A stretch of 64,000 nt of DNA from Podarcis pityusensis (taxonomy: Eukaryota): assembly GCA_964106645.2 (NCBI GenBank), contig OZ067047.1. One strand, given 5' to 3'. The position numbers and the translations under genes were made by a program. Positions 36,230 through 48,847 of this stretch are shown piece after piece. Under the pieces are notes generated by a model. That model worked only from the letters and a program-made list of their open reading frames with translations. It did not search any database and was not told where the DNA came from. How positions within the stretch are numbered: position 1 is the first letter of the stretch; every line of letters starts with the position of its first letter.

Positions 36230-37670
36230 ATAACAACAACCGAGGCGGCGAGGCAGTGGAAGGGAGGTCTGAGAGGAGGCGTGGCGAAGCAGTTCCGCGC
36301 CCTCCGGGTTCCCTAGGTGACGCTCGAGGAGGAGGGGGGGTGTCGCGCCGTGACGTCAGGGTATTTCCCGGTGACGTCCTCCCGGGCATGCGCAGTGGCG
36401 ACGGGGCGATTCTGGGTGACGTCACGCCCGAGGTGTGACGTACGGCCGCCGCTGGCCGCCTGGAAGACTCTCTCGGGGAATTTTGCTGCTCTTGCTGCCC
36501 ACTGACCCACCCATCCCCCCGCTCCTTTTTCTCCCCCCTCTAGTCCCACCCCCCTTCTTCCGCTACGGGTCGCGGTTGGGGGCGGCCGGGTCGTCAGGGG
36601 CGACACGGCTCCCCCTCCCCTCCGCCCCCCTCCTTGTCCTCCTCCCCCCTCCTGCCCCCCTCCCCCTCCTCAGCGCTTCGATCCAAGATGGCGGCGCTGA
36701 GCAGCAGCGGCAGCGCCGAGGGGGCCTCGCTCTTCAACGGGGACATGGAGCCCGAGCCGCCGCCGCCCGGGGCCTGCTACGCGGGGGGCAGCGGCAGCGC
36801 AGGGGGAGACCCCGCCATCCCGGAGGAGGTGAGGCCCGGCCGTGTGGGGAGGGGGGTGGGAGGCCGGCCTGGCATCCTACGGCGCCCCCTTTCCCTCCTC
36901 GCCCGCTTCCCTGCGGAGGGTCCGGCGAGGGGCTCCTGCTGGAGACTTAGGCCCGGCATCGGGCAGCGGGAGGCAGGTCGGGTGGCCGGGAGACAGGTGG
37001 ATCAGGGCCCCCGGACCGCCTCCCCCCGTGCCAAGGCGACGGGGCCAAAGGGAAACCGCGAGGCCGGGCGGCGGGTTGAGGTTCGAGGGTGGCCAGCAAA
37101 AGCCGCCCCGGCCTCCTCCTCCTCCTCCTCTGGCAGCAGGTGAAGTTTCCCCCCGTCGCGGAGGAGAACCCGGCCCCCTTCGCCTCTCCAGCTGCAGCGC
37201 CGGCGGTGAGGTTGGCAGCCCCAGGAGGGAAGGGGGGTGTTGAGGTCGACGGCGGGACTCCTAGCAGGGCGGCTCTCCCCGTCCCCCTCGGGCCTCCATC
37301 CCGTCCCAAATTCCCTCTGAGGCCTTGTCTGGTCGCTCCCTCGGTTTGCACAGGGGAGGCAGTGCCTGGGATTTCTGCTTCGCTCCTTTCTCTGCCTCCT
37401 CGCCTCTGGTTCTCCCGATCTGCACGGTCGTCAACAGCAGTTGCCTGCCAAGGGTTAATGGAACTGGAGCAACACTTCGTCAGCTCTCCACCCCCCCTTC
37501 TCCCCACAAGTGCAATAGGGCTCCCTCGGGCCCCAGTTGCGTGGCCGCGGAAGGCCAAGGGACTTGATTCCGCGAGTGCCGGGAGAAAACGGGGCACCTT
37601 TTGTTTGTTTTTATCTCGCTGTCTGTATCGGAGAGGAGGGGGGGGGTTGGGCGCCTGTGCTTCGAGAGGG
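36230..37670 (+). promoter_or_regulatory. BRAF: BRAF CpG island and promoter
   Basis: Very GC/CpG-rich; TGACGTCA at 36351 and 36417; further TGACG at 36318, 36372 and 36436; NRF1-like GCATGCGCA 36386-36394; YY1 motif CAAGATGGCGGC over the start codon. Confidence 0.85.
36688..36828 (+). CDS. BRAF: B-Raf kinase exon 1 (coding part)
   Basis: [47 protein letters not shown]; strong Kozak AAGATGG; donor GAG|GTGAGG. Confidence 0.96.
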
Positions 37671-37892
37671 CCAATTTTGTAGAGCTAAGTAGAGCTAAGT
37701 TATGAGGGTTGGGTTGCCACCCTTTAAGCCAAGCAGTATTAAAAGCTCCCAGCAGATTGCATCAATATTATTAAAAACAAACACGGTCACATGTGCTCTG
37801 TGAACAGCAGCTTGGCACGGATGGGGTAGGGCTGTGGGTTTTGCTAGGCTCCTGGCATTTGCATCCTTTTTGGGGGAGGTAGTGGCAGTGAT

Positions 37893-38252
37893 GGGACGCG
37901 GGTGGCGCTGTGGGTAAAACCTCAGCGCCTAGGACTTGCCGATCGTCAGGTTGGCGGTTCGAATCCCCGCGGCGGGGTGCACTCCCGCTGCTCGGTCCCA
38001 GCGCCTGCCAACCTAGCAGTTCGAAAGCACCCCCGGGTGCAAGTAGATAAATAGGGACCGCTTACTAGCGGGAAGGTAAACGGCGTTTCCGTGGGCTGCG
38101 CTGGCTCGCCAGATGCAGCTTGTCACGCTGGCCACGTGACCCAGAAGTGTCTTCGGACAGCGCTGGCCCCCGGCCTCTTAAGTGAGATGGACGCACAACC
38201 CTAGAGTCGGACACAACTGGCCCGTACGGGCAGGGGTACCTTTACCTTTACC
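37893..38252 (+). mobile_element. Sauria SINE (second subfamily, CpG-rich)
   Basis: TSD TAGTGGCAGTGA at 37880-37891 and 38253-38264; same subfamily as 20556-20926. Confidence 0.9.
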
Positions 38253-39499
38253 TAGTGGCAGTGACAGATAATTTTCAGTGCTCAGACTCCAGTATAGAAA
38301 AATGCACAAATCAGTGATGCTGCTTTATTTAAAAAAAACCCAAGTGTAAGTAAGTAAGACATGGTTCATGTCTTCTATAAGTATTTACTCCTAAAATAGC
38401 TGGCAGGAATTTTTTTTTGGGGGGAGGGATATATTAGGAGTACACATGATTAGAAGATACATGCATACATGGCTTATTCAGTTTGCTAGGTAGTGCTTGC
38501 TTTCTGCGTATCTGTTTAGCGTGAATCCCACATTCAATGCTTATCGGTCACTTTTGTGTTGTGTTACAGATTGGAAGCCATTTGGGGAGGACCAGTGTAG
38601 ATTCTGTGTTGCATTGTCAGCTATGGTTGGCAAGACATAAGGATTAAGTTCAAGTCTGTATGTGTGATTTCTCCACAGTTATTGGAGTTTCAAGCTCATG
38701 CCCTCCCAACACAACAAACAAACAAACACCAGGCTGATGGTATGGTTCTGTAGGGCAAGATGATATATTCTTAAACTTGGCGCAGTTTGTTAGGTATTGC
38801 AGCAATTTGCAGCTTTCTCTTACATACTTTACATAATTATTTGTTGTACACCTGGCCTTTAGAGAAGACGTCTCCTGTCGGACTTGTAGTGTTCAGTGGG
38901 CCAACCTCTGGTAAGTTGGTTTATGATTGCAGCCATAGGTGTCTCCTGTTGGCCACCATATCAATAAATTGTAGATAGTACAGATGGGCAACACACACCA
39001 TGTTTTATTCTCTTTTTCTTTCTGTAACTGCAATGAATTTCTGAGAAAGATACAAATTTCTCTTCACTGGGGCAACCCACTAGATCTGCTTGCAAATGTA
39101 GTAAATAGAAAGAGCTGATGTAGTGTAGTGACCAAGATTGTACTCCTGCCCTTGCTAACCTGAGAGTAAGCCCCATTGAATTCAATAGGACTTAGCTCTG
39201 AATATCTATGGTTAGGATTATGCTGTAAGAGGCTGAGCTGTGAATCAGGATGACCCACTCTGTATCTCTCCCCTGCCATAGCTGTCTTATATCATGGCCT
39301 CCCTTCACACGCAAATCCTGAAACTGTAGCATGGTAATGGTAATAGTAATACTGACCTAACTTACGACATCATTGTTGTAAGGTTTCCAACAAGATAATG
39401 TATGTGAAATCCCTTAAACACTCTAAAATACTATCTAAATGCTAAGCATTACTATTAGCTTACTAGGCTTTGGAAAGAAATCTGAAGCTTTCAAAAGGA

Positions 39500-39685
39500 A
39501 AGGTTGTAGCCCAGTGGTAAAGCACATGCTTTGCCTTCAAACAATCCCAGCTTCAGTTGCTGGCATCTCCAGGTAGGGCAGAGAAAGACTTCTTTCTGGA
39601 ACACTGATGAGTGTCTGTCATTCCTTGTTAAGAGTAGTACACAACATGGACCAATGGTCTGATTTGGTATAAGGAAATGCCTTCG
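39500..39685 (+). mobile_element. Old tRNA-derived SINE
   Basis: tgtagcccagtggtaaagcac head; ggaccaatggtctgatttggtataagg tail; degenerate relatives at ~700-850, ~12010-12380, ~18105-18210 and ~27630-27840. Confidence 0.6.
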
Positions 39686-40560
39686 ATTGCACAGGGAAAA
39701 CAGCTCCTCTGAAGTAAGAGCTCTAATCCATGCATTAATATACTGTATGCATGAATGCAAGTAAATACTTGGCCATAGCAGTTTGCATACAGATGAATAG
39801 GTGCTCTGTTGCTGTTTAAGAAATAGGGCCTTTGCATATGAATATATATGGCTAGGTCAGATCAAAGGGCCTTATAGCCCAGTGCTATTCTGTCTCTGAC
39901 AATGACCAATGGCTTGAGAATCTCTTAAACAGGACCTTGTTTGCCAGATGTTGGAAGCAATCTGAGGTATTCTACCTCTGAATATTATTGTTCCACCCCC
40001 ACCCCCATTATTGGTGATATACATTCTGATGTAATTTCACCTGACATCTTCCAATTTCACCTGGCATCTTCCAATTTATCTAATTTAAAGTTGTCTAAAC
40101 TAGTTGTCAATACCGCATCTTGCATGAATTATTTAATTATGTTGTGTGAATTTATACTCCTCATTGACCTGATCCTGCCTCTAATAATTTTTACCAGATG
40201 ACTCAATTTTAGTCTTTTGAGATAATAATCGTGTCTTCACACTCTTCACACTTTATAATTTCCCTTTTGTGTTTTGTCATGAGACAGGCAAGGGGAGCCA
40301 CAGTGGACAGAGCACATTTTTTGTCTGAAGGGCAAACTATGAGCATCTTTGGCAGAGATGGCAACTCAATTTCTGTTTACATTTCCTTGGCTCTGGTTGT
40401 TCACTTCAAGATATCTCTTGATGAGTGAGGTCCTTCTATGTTACATTCTATAAGTAGAAACAGACAACTGAACAATAATTGCACAATTTACAAGAATACA
40501 TCAGATTCAAAGAATCATAGAATTGTAGAGTTGGAAGGGTCCCCCAATGGTCATCTAGTC

Positions 40561-40940
40561 TGTGGTTTAAACCACTGAGCCTCCTGGGCTTGCTGATTGG
40601 AAGGTCAGCAGTTCGAATCCAGTCAACGGGATGAACTCCTGTTGTTCTGTCCCAGCTTCTGCCAACCTAGCAGTTCAAAAGCATACCAGTGCAAGTAGAT
40701 AAATAGGTACTGCTGCGGTGGGAAGCTAAATGGCGTTTCCATGCACTCTGGATTGAGTCACAGTGTTCCATTGCGCCAGAAGCGGTTCAGTCATGCTGGC
40801 CACATGACCCCGGAAAGCTGTCTGTGGACAAATTCTGGCTTCCTCAGCCTGAAGTGAGATGAGCTCCGCACCCCATAGTCGCCTTTGACTGCACTTAAAT
40901 GTCCAGAGGTCCTTTCCTCCTTTTTTTTTTTTTTTTACCT
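40561..40940 (+). mobile_element. Older Sauria SINE nested in a CR1 3' relic
   Basis: SINE body interrupts agaatcatagaattgtagagttggaaggg...catctagtc|caac; TAGTC is repeated. Confidence 0.8.
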
Positions 40941-43900
40941 TAGTCCAACTCGTGCAATGCAGGAATCTCAACAAAACCAACCAAGACAGATGGCCATCTA
41001 ACCTCTGCTTAAAAACAATGAAGCAAAGCTCACAAACTCTTGAGGGAGACCATTCCATTTAGTCAGGAAGAACCTTCTGATAGTAAGAGCTGTTCGACAG
41101 TGGAACAGACTGCCTTGGGATGTTGTGTACTCCCCTTCTTTGGAGGTTTTTATAAGATTATAAGTAAACATTAAGTAACAATAATTACTATTGTAATCCA
41201 GGATATTATGTCAGCAAATAAATATATTTAGAAAGAAAAAGGTGAGAATAAACAGTGGTAGATTGATAGCAATCAATGCACCTATCTTTTGTGGCTATCC
41301 TCCTTAGTCTTGCACACTTTGCTGTTCAGCAGATCATCAGGAAAATATGCTTATTACAGTCTAGTTGCAGTTCTTTTAAAACTCTGAGTTAAGGATAATT
41401 AAATGGAAATGCTGTGAATTTTCTGTCTCCTTATTTTGCCTTTCAAGAAAGTTCAGCTAAGCTTTTGTTTTGATGTTGGAGATGGATTGTTTGGACAGCG
41501 GGTAAGGATGCAGTTGTTGATTTTGATCATGCATATGATTCCAGCCGATTTTGTTCTCTCGATGAAAGTTTAGGCTTATGTTACGTGTCTGGAATTTGGC
41601 GTGCTTAATCAATATGGCGTCTTTGCTGGATAGCATGAAATGTAGTTTTAATCTGGCACTTTGGCTGTGGTCTATAAAGGTTTAAAAAAAAATCTGTGAC
41701 AGACTCACATGGCTAATGATCCACCAGACTGCAGTCTTCAGTCACGTAATCCGGCCTGTCGAGTGGTTGCCATATTCTCCTTTTTCTGTACCCCCAAATT
41801 GTCAGCAAAGTCAGGCTTTGCTTATTAAGGCCTCTGCCCCCACTAAGCTGCTATACAGAGCTGGTAGACTTCATTCAATTTAGTGGGTTATAAATTGTTC
41901 AGGCAGCCTGGGTGTTGTGGTTACTTTCGATGCCTAAAAGAGAGTGCAACTGGAAATGGATCAATGGGTGCAAACAGGCAAGTATTGAAGATTGATAAAC
42001 TGCCCGCAAGCAACCTGAAGAATGTTCGGGCACTCTAGCAAAGTTGTAAATTGAAAATGACATAGTTTGCCAACTCAGCTTGAAAAGGTAATGTAGGATT
42101 TTTTGGAAAGAAATGCAACGTTACTATAAACAACGTGGCTGGGGAGCTGGGAAAGTCCCTGCATATTTTCCCAATTAATTGCAGAGGTTTAGTAAATAAT
42201 AATAATAAAGATGTACTGTTATGATGTACATGTTTATGCAGCGATAGCAGACAGGGAAAGTCTTCTTTACTAGTGAAAGAGTTGGACACTGCTTAATAAA
42301 AAAAAAAAGTCTCACTTTGCAGACTCTGAACAATTCAATTTTGTTCAGGTTTAAAGTCAATCTTGTCAGTTAGAAATATAACCTAGTTCACCGTAATAAA
42401 AAAATAGATGAGCTGTATCACTCACTGGCTCTACATTTTAATACAGAGAACAGAACATATATGAATACTAACACTTTTGGTCACTTTTAAATTGACCCAG
42501 TTTTGGAAGGGAGGATTAGAGGTATGCAACTGATAGTATTCACTTGTGAATCTGCTCCATGAATGCTTCCTAAGAATGGTGGCCACTGATTTTAATTGAT
42601 CTCTTAAAAGTGAATACTTTCTTATAATTCTATAAGAAAATGCTGTAAGTGGTGATTATGTTTTTATTGTAGATGTTTATATTGTGTTTTTCTAGTTGCT
42701 GTAATTGAAATACTTGCATTCAGAATTTCTGACCCCTTTGTTTGAAGGAAGCATAGTTGGTCCACAGAAAATAATTTTTTGTAGTTTTCTGTGATGTAGT
42801 TGTTTGTAATGGAATTGGGACTTAATCCAGACATGACAAAAGTATTCTAGTGCTGCAAAAGTGCTGATCCAGTGGAAAGGTTCTAGCTTATATTGAGAAG
42901 GAGTTGTGCGCACTTGAAAAATCCAGTGCTCCTGGATACCTAGGGGCATGGCTGTATGCCCTGGAGTGTATGCTGGTGTGCCAACTTTGCCCCTTCCCAA
43001 AAAAGGCAGCAGGCTTGTGAGATTCTCAGACATTTATGTCACGTTGAGTTACTGTAACACACTCTACAAGGGACTGCTTTTGGAATGTGAAAACTTCAGC
43101 GGATGGAAAATACATGAGTTTCAGTGGGACTGACTTCTGAGTTTCTACGCATAGTGGTGTTCTGCATTCTGTTGTGGGGTGTGCATGTGTTATGTCAGCA
43201 CTTGCATATTCCACCCATAAAGTCGTAGAGAGCTAAGGCATTGGTGTCCTGTCATGATTGCTGTGGGCAGTCCAGAAAACCCTCTTCATGCCAGGTGTAA
43301 AGGTGTAAAGAATAAGAATGTGCAGAGGCTCAGTCTTACTGGCTGTCCTCTCTCCCTTTGTCGATAGTGAGTTTGAGCATCTTCATCAACCATTGTAAGA
43401 CCACTTTTCTTGTTTTTGTTTTTTAGAATGGGGAGTTAAAAGACACAAGCTTTTTAAATGGTACAAGTTGGATTTGCAACAAAACTTTTAAACATATCAT
43501 TGTCTTTTAACAGAAGTGCTGCTGTATATGTTGTGTCCTCTGCTAGTCATATCCTCCGATATCTACCTTCCCTCTCTTAGTTTTCCACTTCATTTTGCAG
43601 TTGATACTTGCCATTTCATGGCTGCTGAGCATGCTCAGTCCTCACTGAGCTCACCCTCTTAGTTTTTGTTTTTGTTTTAAGAGTTTTTCTACTTCTTCAA
43701 ACCCCAGGATGCTCAGCACGCCTTCCAAACCAGGGTGTGCTGATGCCTTTCTCTTGTTTCTCAGTGGTCCTGCTTTGGCTCCCATGTCTTACCACCTGAT
43801 TTTAGAAACACAGGAAGTAGCTTTATAAATCAAAGCTTTGTTCTATATTAGTATTGATACCTTTTCACACACTTACCTCGTTAGTAGTTGTATTTTTATG

Positions 43901-45325
43901 AAGCAGGAACAGATGTTCCCTCACCAAAGGTAACACTTGAGGTTAGCACCTCACGTGTAGGCATGTAGGTGTAATCTTCTCACATGTTATAATACATAGA
44001 AGGGTGCATCTGAGATTAACTTTTCAGAAGCTTTTTATTATAAAATGGCTTAAACCTTTGATGGTGACAGATAATGAGTTGGAACTGAAAGTAACATGGA
44101 AAAGTTAGTTAAAAGAGTAAACATTATAAAGTTCTTAGAGTGACAGGTAATAGTGTTAAGTTATGTGGAATTTTTGTAGTGGAAAAATAAATCATATTCT
44201 TTTTTAAGCCATTTGTTAAATACTGTACGGTCAAATTTCTTTATAAACTCCTGTTCCATTGTTTCACATTCCATGCATCCTAAGAATGGTAACTCTTAGG
44301 TCTGCAACTCTAACGTGTTCCTGAAGATTTAAATGATCACCCACTGGTTTCATAGCATTCTTGCTTCTCTAAGTATGATTTGTGCCCATTGAGCCTTGCC
44401 TTAAAAATTGACTCGTTCACAATATTACATAACAGCCTTCCTTAGGTCTTGCCAACATTTCACTATGAAGTTCAACAATGAATTCATGGGGTTTGCAGTA
44501 TAAATATCTAGATCCTTGTAACTTGCATGGAGAAAGCAGCTTTATAGAATTGAATTCATACTGCATTATTTGTGAGGGAAGAGTACTTAGGGGTCTCCCC
44601 AATGCCCTGTCTAAAGAACCCAAGCCTTCATAATTTAATTCTGCAACATAAACTCGATGTAGAATTTCGCAGTGTAAGAACGCTTAGATTTTGGTTACGG
44701 TTGAAGAGGGGAAAATCTTTTCAAGCAGTCATGTTGGTTCCTGGGTGAAGCTGACTAGCACTGTTTTCCACAGACAGATGGCTAAGTCTGGAGGTGATAA
44801 ATGTACTGTAGCTTTTTTTTTTTTTACAGGAGGAAGTATTTAAATTCTTAGGTGTTGACTTTTGGCTAACTGTTACTGTTACCCTTGTGCGTCTTCTATA
44901 AATAGTTTCATGCTTAGTACCGGAGTAGTGTAAACTTTTAATGATATCTTACTGGGAATCTCTGGGATGTGTTCACAGGTTTGTGTGTTATTTTGACAAG
45001 TTTGCACATGGGCCACCTGTCACACATTCATTTTGTGCGCTCTGTGGTGGGTGTGCACAGACCCACACTCCACAGCCTGTAGTTCTTTGCTGGATTCATT
45101 TCTGCGAGCCAGCGGAAGGCAGGGTCGATGATGTGAATTGAGTGTTGCATGTGTCATGTTGTACCAGTAGGTACAGGTAGCACCTTTGCCAGCAGAGAGG
45201 AGTGCGGACTGTATCAAAGGTGAACTGACCTTCAATATTTCTCTGAAGTATATCAACTATGGGCTTAAAACTTTCCACCGTGCTTGTTCAGGCTTTTTTT
45301 GAAACATATGCCTGTTTATTTTTAG

Positions 45326-45484
<159 letters not shown>

Positions 45485-45993
45485 TAAGAGACTAGGGAAT
45501 GTTTTTAGTTGTTTAAAGTATTTCTTAATGTAGTTTTGCTTAACATTTATACACACACAGACACACGAATATCATCACCTGCTCTGTGAAAAATCGACAC
45601 ACCTTGTTATAAGAACATTTTGGGCGGTGGGATTTAAATCCATTGTCACACAGTCCGCATTGTACCTGAAGAGCACCGTTGTACAGGTACTGCCTGCTTA
45701 AAAGGACTTTGCCTAGTTCTGTAAAGGAGAGGTCATGCTTAACAAATCTGATTATCTCCTTTAAGCAAGTGACAATGAAAGCTGACAAGGGTGAAGTAGT
45801 ACACATAATCTATTTAAACATTCAAAAGGCTATTTTATATTATGTCTCAGAAGCGGACAACTCTGCAGTACTTTCTGGATGGTTGTGCAGGGTTAGGATT
45901 GATAACATAATCTCAAATAGTGTTTGATTTTCTTCAGTCTTTAAAGAAAGAAAAAACTCCAGTGGAAGCATGCTTGCAGCAAAGAAGAAATGG

Positions 45994-45995
<2 letters not shown>

Positions 45996-46065
<70 letters not shown>
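45996..46065. repeat. Compound (CT)n(CA)n microsatellite
   Basis: Directly visible. Confidence 0.95.
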
Positions 46066-46066
<1 letters not shown>

Positions 46067-48007
46067 GGGGGGGGGGGAGAGAGAGAGTCCACTAAATCAG
46101 TGGCTAAAAGGATTGGAAATGTTCCGCATGTTCCGCCCTCCCCTTTCACAAGAGGTTTTTCTCTTCTGCATGCCCTCTTTAGCATCAGCCATAGTTAGTT
46201 CTGACATATGAATCAGCAGACCATGGTTTCTGTTTTTGGTTTTGAGGACAAGTTTGTTGAGTTAAACATTTCTGCAAACTCTGGTTAGTGTTGAACAGCT
46301 TAAGGAGAGAGAAGCTGTGAGAGGGAGCATGTGAGTGGGTGGCTTATTTATGGTCTTTCAAACAATGGTTGCAAGGAGTGTCTGACTTGAACCATTGTAA
46401 TGTTTGTTTGCAAGGGGGTGGGGGTGGGATTGTTATTCAGTAATATGCTGCAATGAGAACTTTCCTGGACTGTCACACAGGCTGCCCAAAGAGTCAAATA
46501 TGCTCTGGGGGTTTGCTCAACCCTCTAAAGTGGACTTGGGGAGGGGTGGTTCTAAGTGTTACCCAAGGAAGTAGTCCCACTAGGGCAAGGAATTTTGGCT
46601 GCACAATGGAACTTCATTTCCACCCCGCCCACCAATCATCTGTTCTGGGTTTTACCTGCAGCCACCCAGAGGCAGTGTGGGGCAGGGGTGTGGAGAGGAG
46701 AGGCAGGGAAAGTTCCATTATGCAAGTGGAAGTTCTTGTGGTAAGAGAAGTACTTAATTGGATCCTACCCTCTGTTTTGTGAGCGGAGGTTATTTGGCAG
46801 AACTTTGTTATATGCAGTACAACCCTATGTGTTGTCCTGTCTGCACAAGCAATACTCAAAAACATAGCTGTTCTTTCCACCTCTTAGAAAACTAGAAACA
46901 ACCCTTAGGTTAGCCATTTTAAGCATGCACAAGTCTTTTTTTGCAATTACGTCTGAGATACTGTTTTTATTTTCTTGAGTTGTCTGATGTCCTGCTTTAG
47001 CATAAAGCAATTTCTTCTTCAACAAAATCAGAATAAGATTACAATAACTCCCTAAGCCTGTCTCCCTGTATTTTGCATAAGCCACTGGGTTTGTGATAGT
47101 GGTCAACAGCCAGGAAACAGAAGATACTGCACCTACAATTCTGAATATCCCTTTAGTGTTTCTGACAGTTTCTTCTGGTCTCTGGCCATTGATATAACCG
47201 TCCAGGTTTAAGGCCCTTCACTCCAGAGGGATAAGCTAGAAAGAGCTGTACAGACAGACTCTGGCTGGTTGCTGGTAAACATACCAACCCATTGAAATGG
47301 CCCCTCTGATTTTAGATTTGAAGTGTTGTGGAAAGTATCTAAACTTGGTCTTGAAACTGGGTTAAAACACTGTACAAACATTTTGCAAAATACATTTCAA
47401 GCCAAAAAGAAGAACAGATGGAAAAAATGGGAAAGGAATATTGACAAAATGGCCATAATAGCTTGCTACTCTGCTTCTGATATAATTGTCTTTCTTGATT
47501 ACTGCATCGGTTCTGTGCTCACTTATGCATTCCTGCACGCTTGTTATTTCAGAGAAACCTGAGCATGCATGCATACTTCGGTGCAGGATGACAACATTTC
47601 CATGAAAAGAAGAATGGGGAGAGAATCCTGTATTAGAATTAAAATACCACATTTAAAATATATGTACACAGTCAAATTCTGCCGTAAATTTATTTGGACA
47701 TAACTCTCTTTTAGATATTCATATTCCTGTCACTTCTCTCAGTCTCTAAATTTCTGTACTCTTCCCCCGACCTCCCATTAATTCCTCATTGCAAATCTCT
47801 CTCCAGCCTTGAGTTATATTACGATACCTTGTAAGCATGTAATTCTGCTGCAAAGAAGAAGTAGAGCTGTTTATTTATGATCCTTCATGGAATTTCCCTT
47901 GAAGGTTATCGTGACACATGTATGGACAGTATGGGGGCAGAGGCTTAGTACTAGAACGGTTGTTGAATGAATAATATTGGTTCCATCATTTCCTTCTTTG
48001 TTAGAAA

Positions 48008-48146
48008 CTGTGCTTTTTTTTCTAGAAAAATAAGTGCTGGCACTCACCATGAAGTTGTTACAGTAAGTGCCACACTTTTTAACAGCAACAAAAATGAGGT
48101 GCCGGTACTGCATACCCTTGAGCACCCCTGAAAAAAAAAAGCACTG
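48008..48146. mobile_element. MITE with CAGTGCTTTTTTT-type TIRs
   Basis: ctgtgctttttttt...aaaaaaaagcactg; relative at ~29745-30220. Confidence 0.7.
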
Positions 48147-48273
48147 GTCATAAATCATCCCTGAATGCGTTCTTTGGAAGATTGGGTTGGGTACTGTCCC
48201 AGTGATCGTATTCAAAGTGCTTAAGAGGCTATAAATATCTCAAAAGTGTACATCCAGGTTATCACTGTTTTAA

Positions 48274-48645
<372 letters not shown>

Positions 48646-48662
48646 TAGTATAATCCTTATAC

Positions 48663-48847
48663 CGGGGTAGTCAACCTTTTTATACCTACCACCCACTAAT
48701 GCTTCTTTCTTGATGGCAAAATTTCCTTACCGCCCACCAGTGCTCGATGGAAGGAGGATTCAGCTTGTGCCGTAGAACCCCCTACCGCCCACCTAGAATC
48801 CTGAAATGCCCACTACTGGGCGGTAGGGACCAGGTTGGCAACCCCTG
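48663..48847. mobile_element. Non-autonomous hAT element
   Basis: TSD CCTTATAC; copy of 12072-12256. Confidence 0.88.

Noticed and set aside
36829-37682. Long overlapping ORFs (133-216 aa) on both strands, including read-through of BRAF exon 1
   Set aside because: Stop-codon scarcity in a GC-rich CpG island; BRAF homology ends at the GT donor at 36829
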